Positions 13,290-24,845 are shown, counted from the first letter of the whole stretch. The stretch is 63,442 nucleotides of DNA, filler included, from Octopus bimaculoides (GCF_001194135.2; 7 parts of 6 records of this genome joined end to end with filler, not necessarily neighbours in it); one strand, 5' to 3'. Program-made: numbers and translations. Notes: generated by a model not told the origin, from the letters alone.

Positions 13290-13809
13290 CTGCATGTGAG
13301 GAAGAATGAGAAAGTGAGAGCAAAGGAGAGTGAGAGGGGGGCATCAAATGAAGAAGAGTAATAGGAATGAAGAGAGAGAGAGAGGGAGAGAAAGAGTGAG
13401 TGAGGAATGAGTGATAGGGAGTGTGAGTGAGTTCGGGAGGATGAGTGGTTAAATCTGACAGAAAGATAGTGAAAGTATGAGTGTAAGGGTGAGTGAGAGA
13501 AACAGCAATGTAGAGAGGGGGAGAAGGAGAAAGGAAAAAGAGGGAAGGAGAATGGGAGGTAGAGAAGAATAGAAAGAGAGAGAGAGAGAGAGATGAGAGA
13601 AAGAACAAGACAAAGGAGAATAGAAAAAGAGAGAGAGATGAAAAGAAAGAAGAGAGGGAGAGAGAAACGGAAGAAAAAGAAGAGAAAGGGGAAGAGAGAG
13701 GAAGGGAGAAAGGAAGAGTGAAGGAGAGAGGGGGGTAAGTGAGGGCGAAAAGAAGAGAGAGAGAAAGGAAGAAAGAGAGAAAGGAAGAGAGAGAGAGAGA
13801 AGAGAGAGA
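13290..13809. repeat. Polypurine (GA-rich) tract over 500 bp, polypyrimidine on the FBXO sense strand
   Basis: Direct reading. It abuts the 13289 acceptor and runs into a gap. Confidence 0.85.
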
Positions 13810-14581
13810 NNNNNNNNNNNNNNNNNNNNNNNNNNNNNNNNNNNNNNNNNNNNNNNNNNNNNNNNNNNNNNNNNNNNNNNNNNNNNNNNNNNNNNNNNNN
13901 NNNNNNNNNNNNNNNNNNNNNNNNNNNNNNNNNNNNNNNNNNNNNNNNNNNNNNNNNNNNNNNNNNNNNNNNNNNNNNNNNNNNNNNNNNNNNNNNNNNN
14001 NNNNNNNNNNNNNNNNNNNNNNNNNNNNNNNNNNNNNNNNNNNNNNNNNNNNNNNNNNNNNNNNNNNNNNNNNNNNNNNNNNNNNNNNNNNNNNNNNNNN
14101 NNNNNNNNNNNNNNNNNNNNNNNNNNNNNNNNNNNNNNNNNNNNNNNNNNNNNNNNNNNNNNNNNNNNNNNNNNNNNNNNNNNNNNNNNNNNNNNNNNNN
14201 NNNNNNNNNNNNNNNNNNNNNNNNNNNNNNNNNNNNNNNNNNNNNNNNNNNNNNNNNNNNNNNNNNNNNNNNNNNNNNNNNNNNNNNNNNNNNNNNNNNN
14301 NNNNNNNNNNNNNNNNNNNNNNNNNNNNNNNNNNNNNNNNNNNNNNNNNNNNNNNNNNNNNNNNNNNNNNNNNNNNNNNNNNNNNNNNNNNNNNNNNNNN
14401 NNNNNNNNNNNNNNNNNNNNNNNNNNNNNNNNNNNNNNNNNNNNNNNNNNNNNNNNNNNNNNNNNNNNNNNNNNNNNNNNNNNNNNNNNNNNNNNNNNNN
14501 NNNNNNNNNNNNNNNNNNNNNNNNNNNNNNNNNNNNNNNNNNNNNNNNNNNNNNNNNNNNNNNNNNNNNNNNNNNNNNNNN

Positions 14582-14782
14582 ATACATAACAAAAACATCA
14601 GGACTTACAAATATATATAACATACAGAAAATTGCACTACTGGGTACTGCACACATTCTACGCAAAACACTTTCAATACAGTAAACATAAGAGCACCACA
14701 GCAAACCACAGCACATACCCAAGGCGCACAGAGCTGCGCTCGGTAGTGAAGTGAAAGCACGTTATAAAAATAAAACTACTGA
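14582..14782 (+). mobile_element. R4/Dong element 3' end (5' part lost in gap)
   Basis: Near-identical to 7395-7600 and 50030-50227. Ends in (AAT)n. Confidence 0.88.
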
Positions 14783-14813
14783 ATAATGATAATAATAATA
14801 ATAATGATAATGA

Positions 14814-15258
14814 TCCTTTCTACTGGAAGCACAAGAATCTGAAATTTGGTGGGGAGGGGATTAGTCAATTACATCAATCCCAGTGTTTCACTGGTACCTA
14901 ATTGATCGCCCACCAAAAGGATGAAAGGCAAAGTTGATCTCAGTGGAATTTGAACTCAGAACATAAAGACAGACAAAATACCACTAAGCATTTTGCCCAG
15001 CATGCTCACAATTCTGCTAGCTCGCCACCTTAATAATAATAATCCTTCCTACTGAAAGTACAAGGCCCCAAATTTTGGGGAAAAGATTAAGTCAATTACA
15101 TCGACCCCAGTGCGTAACTGGTACTTATTTAATCGACCCCAAAAGGATGAAAGAGAAAATTGACCCAAGCAGAATTTGAACTCAGAACATAGCAACAGAC
15201 GAAATACCGCTAAGCCCTTTGCCCAGCGTGCTACCAATTCTGCCAGCTTGCTGACTTA
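14814..15258 (-). mobile_element. Two tandem SINE family B copies
   Basis: Copies at 14814-15032 and 15043-15258 are separated by (AAT)n. Others lie at about 11905, 19434(+), 21365, 47200, 47690, 52270 and 52530. Confidence 0.8.
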
Positions 15259-15385
15259 ATAAAAATAATGATGCCTTTGTTGTATACAGTGCTCAGGTGT
15301 TGTACAACTCATCAGAAAAACTAGCCAAAAGTGCATGAAGAGTACATAGAATATGCAGAGAAAGTGAACAGTGGAAAAAGTCGAG

Positions 15386-15731
15386 AGGCTGTATGGTAAT
15401 AAGCTTGCTAACCGACCACATGGTTCCGGGTTCAGTCCTACTGCGTGGCACCTTGGGCGAGTATCTTCTACTATAGACTCGGACCGATCAAAGCCTTGTG
15501 AGTGGATTTCGTAGATGGAAACTGAAAGAATCCCTTCGTGTGTGTGTGTGTGTGTGTGTTTGTGTGTCCGTGTTTGTCCCCCTACCATCGCTTGACAACC
15601 AATGCTGGTGTGTTTATGTCCACGTAACTTAGTGGTTCGGCAAAAGAGACCGATAGAATAAGTACTAGGCTTACAAAGAATAAGTCCTGGGGTCGATTTG
15701 CTCGACTAAAGGCGATGCTCCAGCATGGCCA
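15386..15731 (+). mobile_element. SINE family A: tRNA-like head + internal (TG)n + conserved 3' domain
   Basis: A/B-box-like head (tggtaa...ggttcagtcc), then a microsatellite, then accatcgcttgacaacc...gctccagcatggcc. Many partial copies occur (e.g. about 3020, 9400, 21590, 22020, 27670, 35380, 49230, 54770, 60630). Confidence 0.8.
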
Positions 15732-15770
15732 CTTCTTTCTGTGTTCCTTTCTGTGGAAGAGCATAGGCTT

Positions 15771-15870
15771 NNNNNNNNNNNNNNNNNNNNNNNNNNNNNN
15801 NNNNNNNNNNNNNNTTAATTAATTAANNNNNNNNNNNNNNNNNNNNNNNNNNNNNNNNNNNNNNNNNNNN
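15771..15870. other. Artificial scaffold join N44-TTAATTAATTAA-N44
   Basis: The same 100-nt spacer, with an all-frame-stop linker, recurs with linkers at 15815, 22785, 36869, 46667, 56271 and 60861. Confidence 0.95.
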
Positions 15871-16242
15871 GAAATGGTAATACAGTGAAATGGTAAAACA
15901 GTGTTACTATTTCACTGTATTACCATTTCACTGTATTACCATTTCACTGTGTTACCATTTCACTGTATTACCATTTCACTGTATTACCATTTCACTGTAT
16001 TACCATTTCACTGTATTACCATTTCACTGTTTTACCATTTCACTGTATTACTATTTCACTGTATTACCATTTCACTGTGTTACCATTTCACTGTATTACC
16101 ATTTCACTGTATTACTATTTCACTGGTAATACAGTGAAATAGTAACACAGTGAAATGGTAATACAGTGAAATGGTAATACAGCGAAATCATAATGCAGTG
16201 AAATGGTAACACCATGAAATGGCAACACAGTGAAATGGCATT
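15871..16242. repeat. 16-bp minisatellite (TTTCACTGTATTACCA)n with two orientation switches
   Basis: Inverted block about 15871-15901, forward block about 15902-16123, inverted and more degenerate block about 16124-16242. Confidence 0.9.
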
Positions 16243-16490
16243 TGCCTCCTTGCCATACTTCTGGAAAGAGCCAGAAGTGGTTCTTGGAGAATTTCTACAG
16301 TAGCACCAACCCCAGTTTCTGGCCTTCTAATTCCCCTGATTGTTGTCCCATGGATTACTACATGTGGGGCACAGTTGAGAAAGACAGCAACCTCTCTGCC
16401 TGAGACTCCATGGTTGATAAAACTCCGAGTTTTGAATGCCGGGGCGGAAACCCACGCTGCCATCTCTTCATTTATACTGAATAATTGTCA
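16241..16490 (+). mobile_element. maT-like transposase fragment with terminal sequence
   Basis: PCHTSGKSQKWFLENF...FWPSNSPDCCPMDYYMWG. The downstream gataaaactc...cgccatctcttca block recurs at about 40225-40282. Confidence 0.7.
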
Positions 16491-16539
16491 CATATTTTTA
16501 CAGATATATATATATATATTATTGGGCAGAAATTATTGT

Positions 16540-16829
16540 TGTGGCTGATACCAGTGCCATCTGACTGGTACCCATGCCAGTGGCATGTAAAAAGCACCAT
16601 TCAAGCATGGTCATTACCAGTGCTGATTGAATGGCCATCGTGCGGGTGGCACATAAAAAGCATCCACCACACCCTTGCAGTGGTTGGCGTTAGGAAGGGA
16701 TTCTAGCTGTAGAAACCTTGCCAGATCAGATCAGGGCCTGGTGCATCCTCCTGGCTTCCCAGTCCTCATTCAAACCGTCCAATCTATGCCAGCATGGAGA
16801 GCAGACGTTAAATGATGATGATGATGATG

Positions 16830-16830
<1 letters not shown>
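16540..16830 (+). mobile_element. SINE-like family C with (GAT)n tail (RTE-type tail)
   Basis: Ends tgccagcatggagagcagacgttaaat(gat)n. Copies at about 11500-11725(+) and 20160-20360(-). Confidence 0.65.
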
Positions 16831-16860
<30 letters not shown>

Positions 16861-16894
16861 CTCTTTATAAGTGTTCTGAAAACTATTCACAGCC

Positions 16895-17189
16895 TTGCAT
16901 TTTTTTATCTCATTCTGTTAATTTTTATATATATGCTTACTAATACATGACCTACATTGGACTCCTCATTCATATCATTATTGAAGCCAGAGCTTAAATA
17001 TAGTCTGTCCATTGCACTTACTCAGCATTACCTGATATCTTTAGGTCTTCTTGACACCAATACCTCTCATACCCTATATGGACAGACTATAGCTCTAGCT
17101 TCAATGATGATACGAAAGAGGAGTCCAATGTAGGTCGTGTATTAGCAAGCATATATATAAAAATGAACAGAATGAGATAAAAAATCCAA
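16895..17189. repeat. Foldback/MITE-like inverted repeat (arms about 110 bp, loop about 65 bp)
   Basis: 16895-17012 is the imperfect reverse complement of 17078-17189. Confidence 0.88.
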
Positions 17190-17787
17190 TATATATATAT
17201 ATATATATATANNNNNNNNNNNNNNNNNNNNNNNNNNNNNNNNNNNNNNNNNNNNNNNNNNNNNNNNNNNNNNNNNNNNNNNNNNNNNNNNNNNNNNNNN
17301 NNNNNNNNNNNNNNNNNNNNNNNNNNNNNNNNNNNNNNNNNNNNNNNNNNNNNNNNNNNNNNNNNNNNNNNNNNNNNNNNNNNNNNNNNNNNNNNNNNNN
17401 NNNNNNNNNNNNNNNNNNNNNNNNNNNNNNNNNNNNNNNNNNNNNNNNNNNNNNNNNNNNNNNNNNNNNNNNNNNNNNNNNNNNNNNNNNNNNNNNNNNN
17501 NNNNNNNNNNNNNNNNNNNNNNNNNNNNNNNNNNNNNNNNNNNNNNNNNNNNNNNNNNNNNNNNNNNNNNNNNNNNNNNNNNNNNNNNNNNNNNNNNNNN
17601 NNNNNNNNNNNNNNNNNNNNNNNNNNNNNNNNNNNNNNNNNNNNNNNNNNNNNNNNNNNNNNNNNNNNNNNNNNNNNNNNNNNNNNNNNNNNNNNNNNNN
17701 NNNNNNNNNNNNNNNNNNNNNNNNNNNNNNNNNNNNNNNNNNNNNNNNNNNNNNNNNNNNNNNNNNNNNNNNNNNNNNNNNNNNNNN

Positions 17788-17833
<46 letters not shown>

Positions 17834-17873
17834 GGTGAGAGAGGAAGAAACAGCAAAGAATGGTTCCACAAAC

Positions 17874-17981
17874 CTGTAGAGGTGCTCGAAAGCTCAGATC
17901 TTCAGCGTAGTAACACAATACTTCCCAAGGGGCATGTATCTTGATGTGATGCATGTCTTTCTTCTCACTTTTAATGATTTC
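17874..17981 (-). CDS. Anoctamin/TMEM16 family exon, N-terminal cytosolic region (EIIKSEKKDMHHIKIHAPWEVLCYYAEDLSFRAPLQ)
   Basis: KIHAPWEVLxxYAE is a characteristic anoctamin motif. Acceptor ttttaatcag|GAA, donor CTACAG|gtttgt; 108 nt, phase 0/0, open frame. The paralogue cannot be assigned. Confidence 0.85.
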
Positions 17982-18208
17982 CTGATTAAAATATTCAGAT
18001 GAGTAAACCAATTAATCACTTAACTAGCGGCAGAGTAACAGTTTTTTAATTACTTAAGTAACAACAGACCAACTTTCTTGGAAGAAACCCAAAAAACTGA
18101 AATAGAGAAAGAGAACATTGTTTGTAAACATGGTTGTTTAAAGTCAATGGATCATCATCATCATCATCATCCTCATCACCACCATCACCATCACCATCAT
18201 CATCATCA

Positions 18209-19139
18209 TTCAGTAGTCTGCACTACTGAGCGCAGCTCTGTGTGTCTTGGGTATGTGCTGTGGTTTGTTGTGATGTTCTTATTTTTACTGTATTGAAACA
18301 GTTTTATGTAGGATGTGTGCAGTGCCTAGTAGTGCTATTTTCTGTATGTTATATATACTTGTAAGTCCTAGTATTTTTGTTATGTATTTTGTCTGAATAT
18401 TTTTTTATCGTACCTAATGCAACAACTATGATAGAAATTGTTTCAGTTTTTGGACTCCACATTCAAGTTACCTCTATTTCCAGGTCTTTGTATTTTGAAA
18501 GTTTCTCTGTTTCTTTTAGAGAATCATTGTCATCTGTTGGTATTGATACATCGATTACAAAGCATTTTTTTCTTCATGATCTCTAACAAACTATTGGCCT
18601 TAATTTCTATCTGTGTGTATTGGCATATCCCATAGTATGGTTGCTTTCTCATTTTCTGTGACCTTTTCTGGCATGTGCCTATACCATCTTTTTTCTGTTG
18701 TTATTCCATATTGTTGGCATAGCTTCCAGTGTATATAGATCCCAACTCTGTGTCGTATCTGTGAATATATTCCTTCTTAGCCAGGACTTGGTAGCCAGAA
18801 ACAATATGATTTATTGTTTCTTTTCCATCACCACATATTCTGCTGTTACTTGTATTTCTTTTGATTACATGGTTTTACTGATTTCTGGCTTTGATCTTGT
18901 GCAGCAATTAAAAATCCTTTAGTCTCTGCTTTGAGTCCTGAGCATCTCAGCTATTGTTAGGATTTTGCTTTGTCTATTTCTTTTGTGTTTAGCTTAACCC
19001 AATATTTGCCATGAAGGGGTTTTCGTGCCATCGTTTTATCATGATACGTTGCTGTTCCAGTTTTAATTTGGATTGCTATTGTTTTACAGCTTTTGTTGTT
19101 TCTTCTTTTATCATTATTATTATTGTTATTATAATTTTC

Positions 19140-19140
<1 letters not shown>
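18209..19140 (-). mobile_element. R4/Dong element, 5'-truncated older copy
   Basis: Reverse complement of the same ORF end and 3' UTR, with more substitutions and deletions. Its tail abuts a (GAT)n-type repeat. Confidence 0.85.
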
Positions 19141-19176
<36 letters not shown>

Positions 19177-19928
19177 AGGCATCAACCTGGCAGAATAGGT
19201 GGCATGCTGGACAAAATGCTTTGCGGTATTTCTTCTGTCTTAAAGAGTCTGAGTTCAAATNNNNNNNNNNNNNNNNNNNNNNNTAACCCAATATTTGCCA
19301 TGAAGGGGTTTTCGTGCCATCGTTTTATCATGATACGTTGCTGTTCCAGTTTTAATTTGGATTGCTATTGTTTTACAGCTTTTGTTGTTTCTTCTTTTAT
19401 CATTATTATTATTGTTGTTGTTGTCGTTGTTGTTAAGGTGGAGAGCTGGCAGAATCATTAGCACGCCAGACGAAATACTTAGCAGTATATTGTCTGTCTT
19501 TACCTTCTGAGTTCAAATTCTGCTGAGGTCAACTTTGCCTTGCATCCTTTCGGGGTCGATTAATTAAGTACCAGTTACACACTGGGGTCGATGTAATTGA
19601 CTAGCCACCCCCTTCCCCATAAATTTCAGGCCATTTGCTTATAGCAGAAAGGATTATTATTATTATGGCCTAGTGGTTAAGGTGCTGCATTCACAGTTGT
19701 GAGATCATGGTTTCAGTTCCTAGAGCAGGTGGTGCATTGTGTTCTTGAGCTAAACACTTCATCTCACATCGCTCTGTGGTCACTATGACACCCGACACAT
19801 GACACTCACCATGCAACTGTTCAGACGATGTGGATTTGATGGAGGAAGTGAGCTAATGCGTAGAATGGACATTTGAGGAGGTCATTCGGCAAAAGCTGAA
19901 TGCTCATACATCGTCTTTGACTGGAGAG

Positions 19929-19959
<31 letters not shown>

Positions 19960-20629
19960 TTATTATTATTATTAAAGGCAAGCTAGCAGAATCGTTAGAG
20001 CATTAGCAAAATGTTTTTGCAGTATTTGTTCCTGGGCTTTCTGTTCTGATTTCAACCACGAATGCACATCAGGGCTGTTTCATATGTTTTGAATCTTCAT
20101 AAACTAAAGACTCATTCATTTAGCATTAGTTGTTTCCAATTCATCACCACCACCATCATTATCATCATCATCATCATCATCATTTAATGTCTGTTGTCCA
20201 TGCTGGCATGGGTTGGACGGTTTGACCAGGCTGGCACGCTGGAAGGCTACATCAGTTTTCTACAGCTGGATGCCCTTCCTAAGGCCAACCACTCCGAGAG
20301 TGTGATGAGTGCTTTTACATGTCACCAGCACAGGTGCCATTTGCATGACACTGGTATTTTCCACAACTGCGATTTTGCTCAGCTTGATGGGTCATCTTCT
20401 TAAGCACAATATAATGCCAAAGGCCTTGGTCATTGCTTCCATGAAACCCAACACTCGAAAGGAACTCAGCCACTTTGCCTCCGTCAGGATCAATGCTCAA
20501 GATGAACTCAGCAATTTTGTCTCCATGAGACCTAATGCTCGAAAGGAACTCAGCTACTTTGCCTCTATGAGGCCCAAAATTCAAAGGATGTTCTTTGCGT
20601 GCCACCAGCATGGGTGCACTTGGCTTGAT

Positions 20630-20940
20630 GGATCCTCTCAAGCATGGCACGTCGCCAAAGGTCTCGGTCACTAGTCATTGCCTCTGTGAGGCTCAAAGTT
20701 CAAAGATCATGCTTCCCCACCTGGTCCCATGTTTTCCTGGGTCTACCTCTACCACAGGTTCACTCCACAGTTAAGAGATCGGCACTTCTTCACACATCTG
20801 TCCTCATCCATATGCATCACATGACCATACCAGCACAGTTATCTCTCTTGCACACCACATCTGATGCCTTTTATGCCTAACCTTTCTCTAAAGATGCTTA
20901 CACTCTGTTATGTGTGCACACTGACATTGCACATATAATT
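20630..20940 (-). mobile_element. RTE-clade LINE 3' fragment
   Basis: WYGHVMHMDEDRCVKKC...CGRGRPRKTWDQV...AMTSDRDLWRR. A 42-bp tandem repeat (3 copies) adjoins at about 20455-20585. Related RTE tails occur at about 10680-10860 and 11420-11490. Confidence 0.7.
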
Positions 20941-22184
20941 CTCTACATAAAACATGTCTGGGCTATTTGCGGCTTGATAAACTGAGGATTATTACCTCAT
21001 ATGGAAACATGTAAGGGTTAGCAACAGGATGAGTATACAACCAAAGCACACCCTGCTTAAGTATTGTCTCATCTGATACATTCAAGCACAGAAGAGCTCC
21101 ATATCATTTAATGCCCGCTTTTTCATGCTTCCATGGGTTGACTTTTTTACAGCCACTTGTCCTTCTTGTTGGTTGCCAACCTTCACCTCTTTCCAAGTAA
21201 GGTAATGTTTTCCCATAGCCAGACATGTTTTTGTAGGAGATTGGAAATGAATAACATACATTTACAGCAATGACGCGAATGTCAAGACAAGTAGACACAA
21301 ACATACTCACATTTGCATAGATACACACACATACATTTAATGAGCTTCTTTTAGTTTCCTATTTCTTTACTGCCCACAAGGGGCCACACACAGAGGGGAC
21401 AAACGAGGACAGACAAACGGATTAAGTCGATTATATCGACCCCAGTGCGTAACTGGTACTTATTTAATCAACCCTGAAAGGATGAAAGGCAAAGTCGACC
21501 TCGGCGGAATTTGAACTCAGAATGTAAAGACAGACGAAATACCGCTAAGCATTTCGCCCGGCATGCTAACGATTCTGCCAGCTCTCTGTCTTCTTTTAGT
21601 TTCCATCAACCAAATCCACACACAAGGTTTTGATTACCCTCTGGGTTATAGCAAAAGACACTTGCCCTAAGTGCTGTGCAGTGGGGATGAACCAAGAACC
21701 ATGTGGTTGGTAAGCAAACCTTTTAACCACATAGCTACACCTAAAAAGTAGACATTAAAGCGATGACAACAGCAATGACAATGACGATGATGACAATGGC
21801 GACAATGATGGTGAGAATGATGTTGATGATGATGATCATGGTCTGAGAACTGTGAAATTACTAAAATAGAACCTTCTACTACAATCGTTAAAATCAATAT
21901 TCTATCATTTTTTCATTGAACTGTATAGTACCAACTTGGTATCTAAATAGTAACAGCTGGTACACACAACTACACAGAAAACTACTACAATGACTCCTGA
22001 AATATTGATAATATTGGCATGGCTGTTTGGTTAAGAAGTTTACTTTTCAACCATATTGCTTCAGGTTCCATCTCACTGCACAACACCTTCAGCAAGTGCC
22101 GTGTAACATAGCCCTGGGTCAATCACGGCCTCCTGAGTGGATTTGATAGATAGAAACCGTATGGAAGATCGTTGTATATCTATC

Positions 22185-22499
22185 TACGAGGGTGAGTCAC
22201 AAAAGTAATGCCATTTTGTTTAGGACAGGTATAATTACCAACACAGACAGGGACGTGTATCATACATCAAAATGAAGCTGGTCCTCTGTGGATCACATCC
22301 CTACTTCTCAAAATAGTCACCGTTTCTCTCAATAGCAATGTTCCACCTTCGAATGAGAGCATGTATCCCTGTCCCATAAAATTCTGTTGACTGTTCTTTG
22401 AGCCACATCTTTACTACAGTTTTCACTTCCTCGTCACTGGACTAGCATTTCTTTGGCCCCATGAAAGAGGGTTTGAGAGGCAAACATTATTCCAGTGAC
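22185..22499 (-). mobile_element. mariner 3' end with TIR and a small internal inversion
   Basis: Minus strand reads SDEEVKTVVKMWLKEQSTEFYGTGIHALIRRWNIAIERNGDYFEK*. TIR-like tacgagggtgagtcacaaaagtaatgc. Confidence 0.78.
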
Positions 22500-22840
22500 T
22501 CCATCTAAGAATATCTGAAGAAGGAATTGTATTCTGAAATATCATTGGACTTTACTCTTTTACTTGTTTCAGTCATTTGACTGCGGCCATGCTGGAGCAC
22601 CGCATTTAGTTGAGAAAATCGCCCCCCCACCAGGACTTATTCTTTGTAAGCCTAGTACTTATTCTATCGGTCTCTTTTTTGTCAAGCGATGGTGGGGGGA
22701 CAAACACAGACACACAAACACACAGACACACAAACACACANNNNNNNNNNNNNNNNNNNNNNNNNNNNNNNNNNNNNNNNNNNNTTAATTAATTAANNNN
22801 NNNNNNNNNNNNNNNNNNNNNNNNNNNNNNNNNNNNNNNN

Positions 22841-22891
<51 letters not shown>

Positions 22892-24809
22892 CATACATAC
22901 ACACATACATACACTAAAAACATACACGCACGCACACATTATTACATCTGTAAATATCCACATTTGAGTAAAAGAATTAATTAGTGCGTGCGTTACATAA
23001 ATATTTTCAGGATTAAATAAAAAGACATACATACATACATACATATAGACAGTCAGACATAGAGACACACAGACAGACATAAATACATATGTTGTGTTCG
23101 GGGGTTTACTGTTGGGTGTCTCTGCAAGGGCGAATGAGAAGCAGACAGCGACAGTATGGGAGTGAGAGAGGAAGAGGGATGTCAACCGTCACAAATAGAA
23201 TAAGCGACAAAGAGAGAAAGAGAGAAAAGTTAGGGGGAACGGGTGAAGTGATAATGTGTCTGTGTGTGTGTATGTGTGTATGTGTGGTTGTGTATTATTA
23301 ATTCATTAGGGTGCAGCAAATAGTTTTCTTTTGCTCTTTGTTCACGTCCTTCCCAATTAAGGGCTTTCTAGGTCCTTAAAAAAAAGAAAGAATTCTGTTG
23401 AAAGATAAGACCAATAAATCCATCCCTTTGAGTTTGTAATTTATCTGTCTCCTGTCATTTCCTCACACGTTTTATATCGTGTTTTCACACACACACACAC
23501 ACACACGCATTCACATTCGCATACACACACACAAATATTTTCTTTTCGGGGTTGGTGTAAAAAATAGCAACTTGTTTTTCGCCGTAACTCGCTCCCTTTT
23601 TATTTCACTGACCACGCCCCTAATTATTTTTCCCCTCTTTGTATCTTTTATCAATCTAATTATGTTATTAGCTTTCTACTTTCCAGATACAGACATCCAG
23701 GGCCTTACTGAATAATTAGGGAATAGTGTCATGTTAATTAGATAAAGATTATGAAGAAAAAAAAAATAGAAGAAACAAAATAAATTAATATAACGTGAAT
23801 GCGTAGGTTGAGCAATTCACCTTGTAACCACATGGTTTCTGGTTCAGTCCTATTTCGCAGTACAGTGGGCCAGTGTCTTCTAATATAACCCAGTGACCAA
23901 AGCCTTGTGGGCGGATTTGTGAGGGAGATTGATGTCAATGGATACTGATAGGAGAGTTGCCAAACAATTATTCTTTTATTCCTTTCTTCTTTTGATTGTT
24001 TCAGTCATTTGACTGCGGCCATGCTGGAGCGCCTTGTTAATGTGTTTTTGCATTGTCGAGACCAATTCCATTCATCACAACTATCCTATTAAATCCAGAT
24101 TTGCTATATATTTTGTCAAACATCAGCTGTGAGAATCTCTTGCCTTCAACCAGTTCAAATCCAGTTCAAGTATGTAATTTTACAAACCATGATAAAAGTG
24201 ATTTTGCCGGAAAACACATCCCTAGTTTCATAGTTTTATTGTAGAATATTTGTCACTTGTTAATGTACGAGTTATTAAGAACCATACTGAACCAACGACG
24301 CTGCCGTTTAAGTTGAGAAACATCAATAGATTTATATCGTTGGAACATCGATCAAAAGAGAAGAAACGAGATGTCTTATATTTTTTGTTTAAAAATCGAC
24401 AAATAAATATCAATATTACCATTGGATATTGAAATTTTGGACGATACAAAATATCAGAATCAATGTAACAGTTTCTGTAAACTGAGTACAAAATCAGAAA
24501 AACGACATTTTATTTCATAATGGAAATATTCTAAATAAAAATTCAAAATTCATGAGATTTTTCAGGCAGAAACCATTCTTTTTAATTAAAGATTACTTTC
24601 AATTTATGTTGAAGTCCTATTGGTGCTTTTTACGCTATATCCTCGCAATAATCAGATAAAGCTTTCATAGTTTTGTTTTCTAACTACGATGTTCACAGAT
24701 ATATTTCGTGCATAGGGGGCAAGCGGTGCTATTTGTGTAGCTGTAGACATTGCTGTATTCATAGGCGATGAAGGTGTATTAGCTTGACGCTTGGGGAAGG
24801 TGAGAAAGT

Positions 24810-24845
24810 CTTTTACGTTTCGACCCTAAGCTCTTCAACAGAAAG
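24810..24845 (-). ncRNA. Hammerhead-like motif with non-canonical core
   Basis: CTTT-CTGTTGA-A-GAGC-TTAG-GGTC-GAAA-CG-T-A-AAAG. Confidence 0.4.

Noticed and set aside
15815-15826. TTAATTAATTAA repeated six times in the window
   Set aside because: It is always centred in exactly 44+44 Ns and gives stops in all frames. It is an assembly spacer, not a biological motif.
15902-16123. Regularly spaced repeats as a CRISPR array
   Set aside because: There are no unique spacers. It is a head-to-tail minisatellite in a eukaryotic context.
19003-19460. Duplicated Dong segment followed by two different SINE-B heads
   Set aside because: The identical copies flank a short N gap. This is most likely an assembly overlap or collapsed repeat reads.
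24130-24165. TGFELVE as a possible preceding anoctamin exon (GLELE motif)
   Set aside because: There is an in-frame stop immediately upstream and no suitable splice sites.
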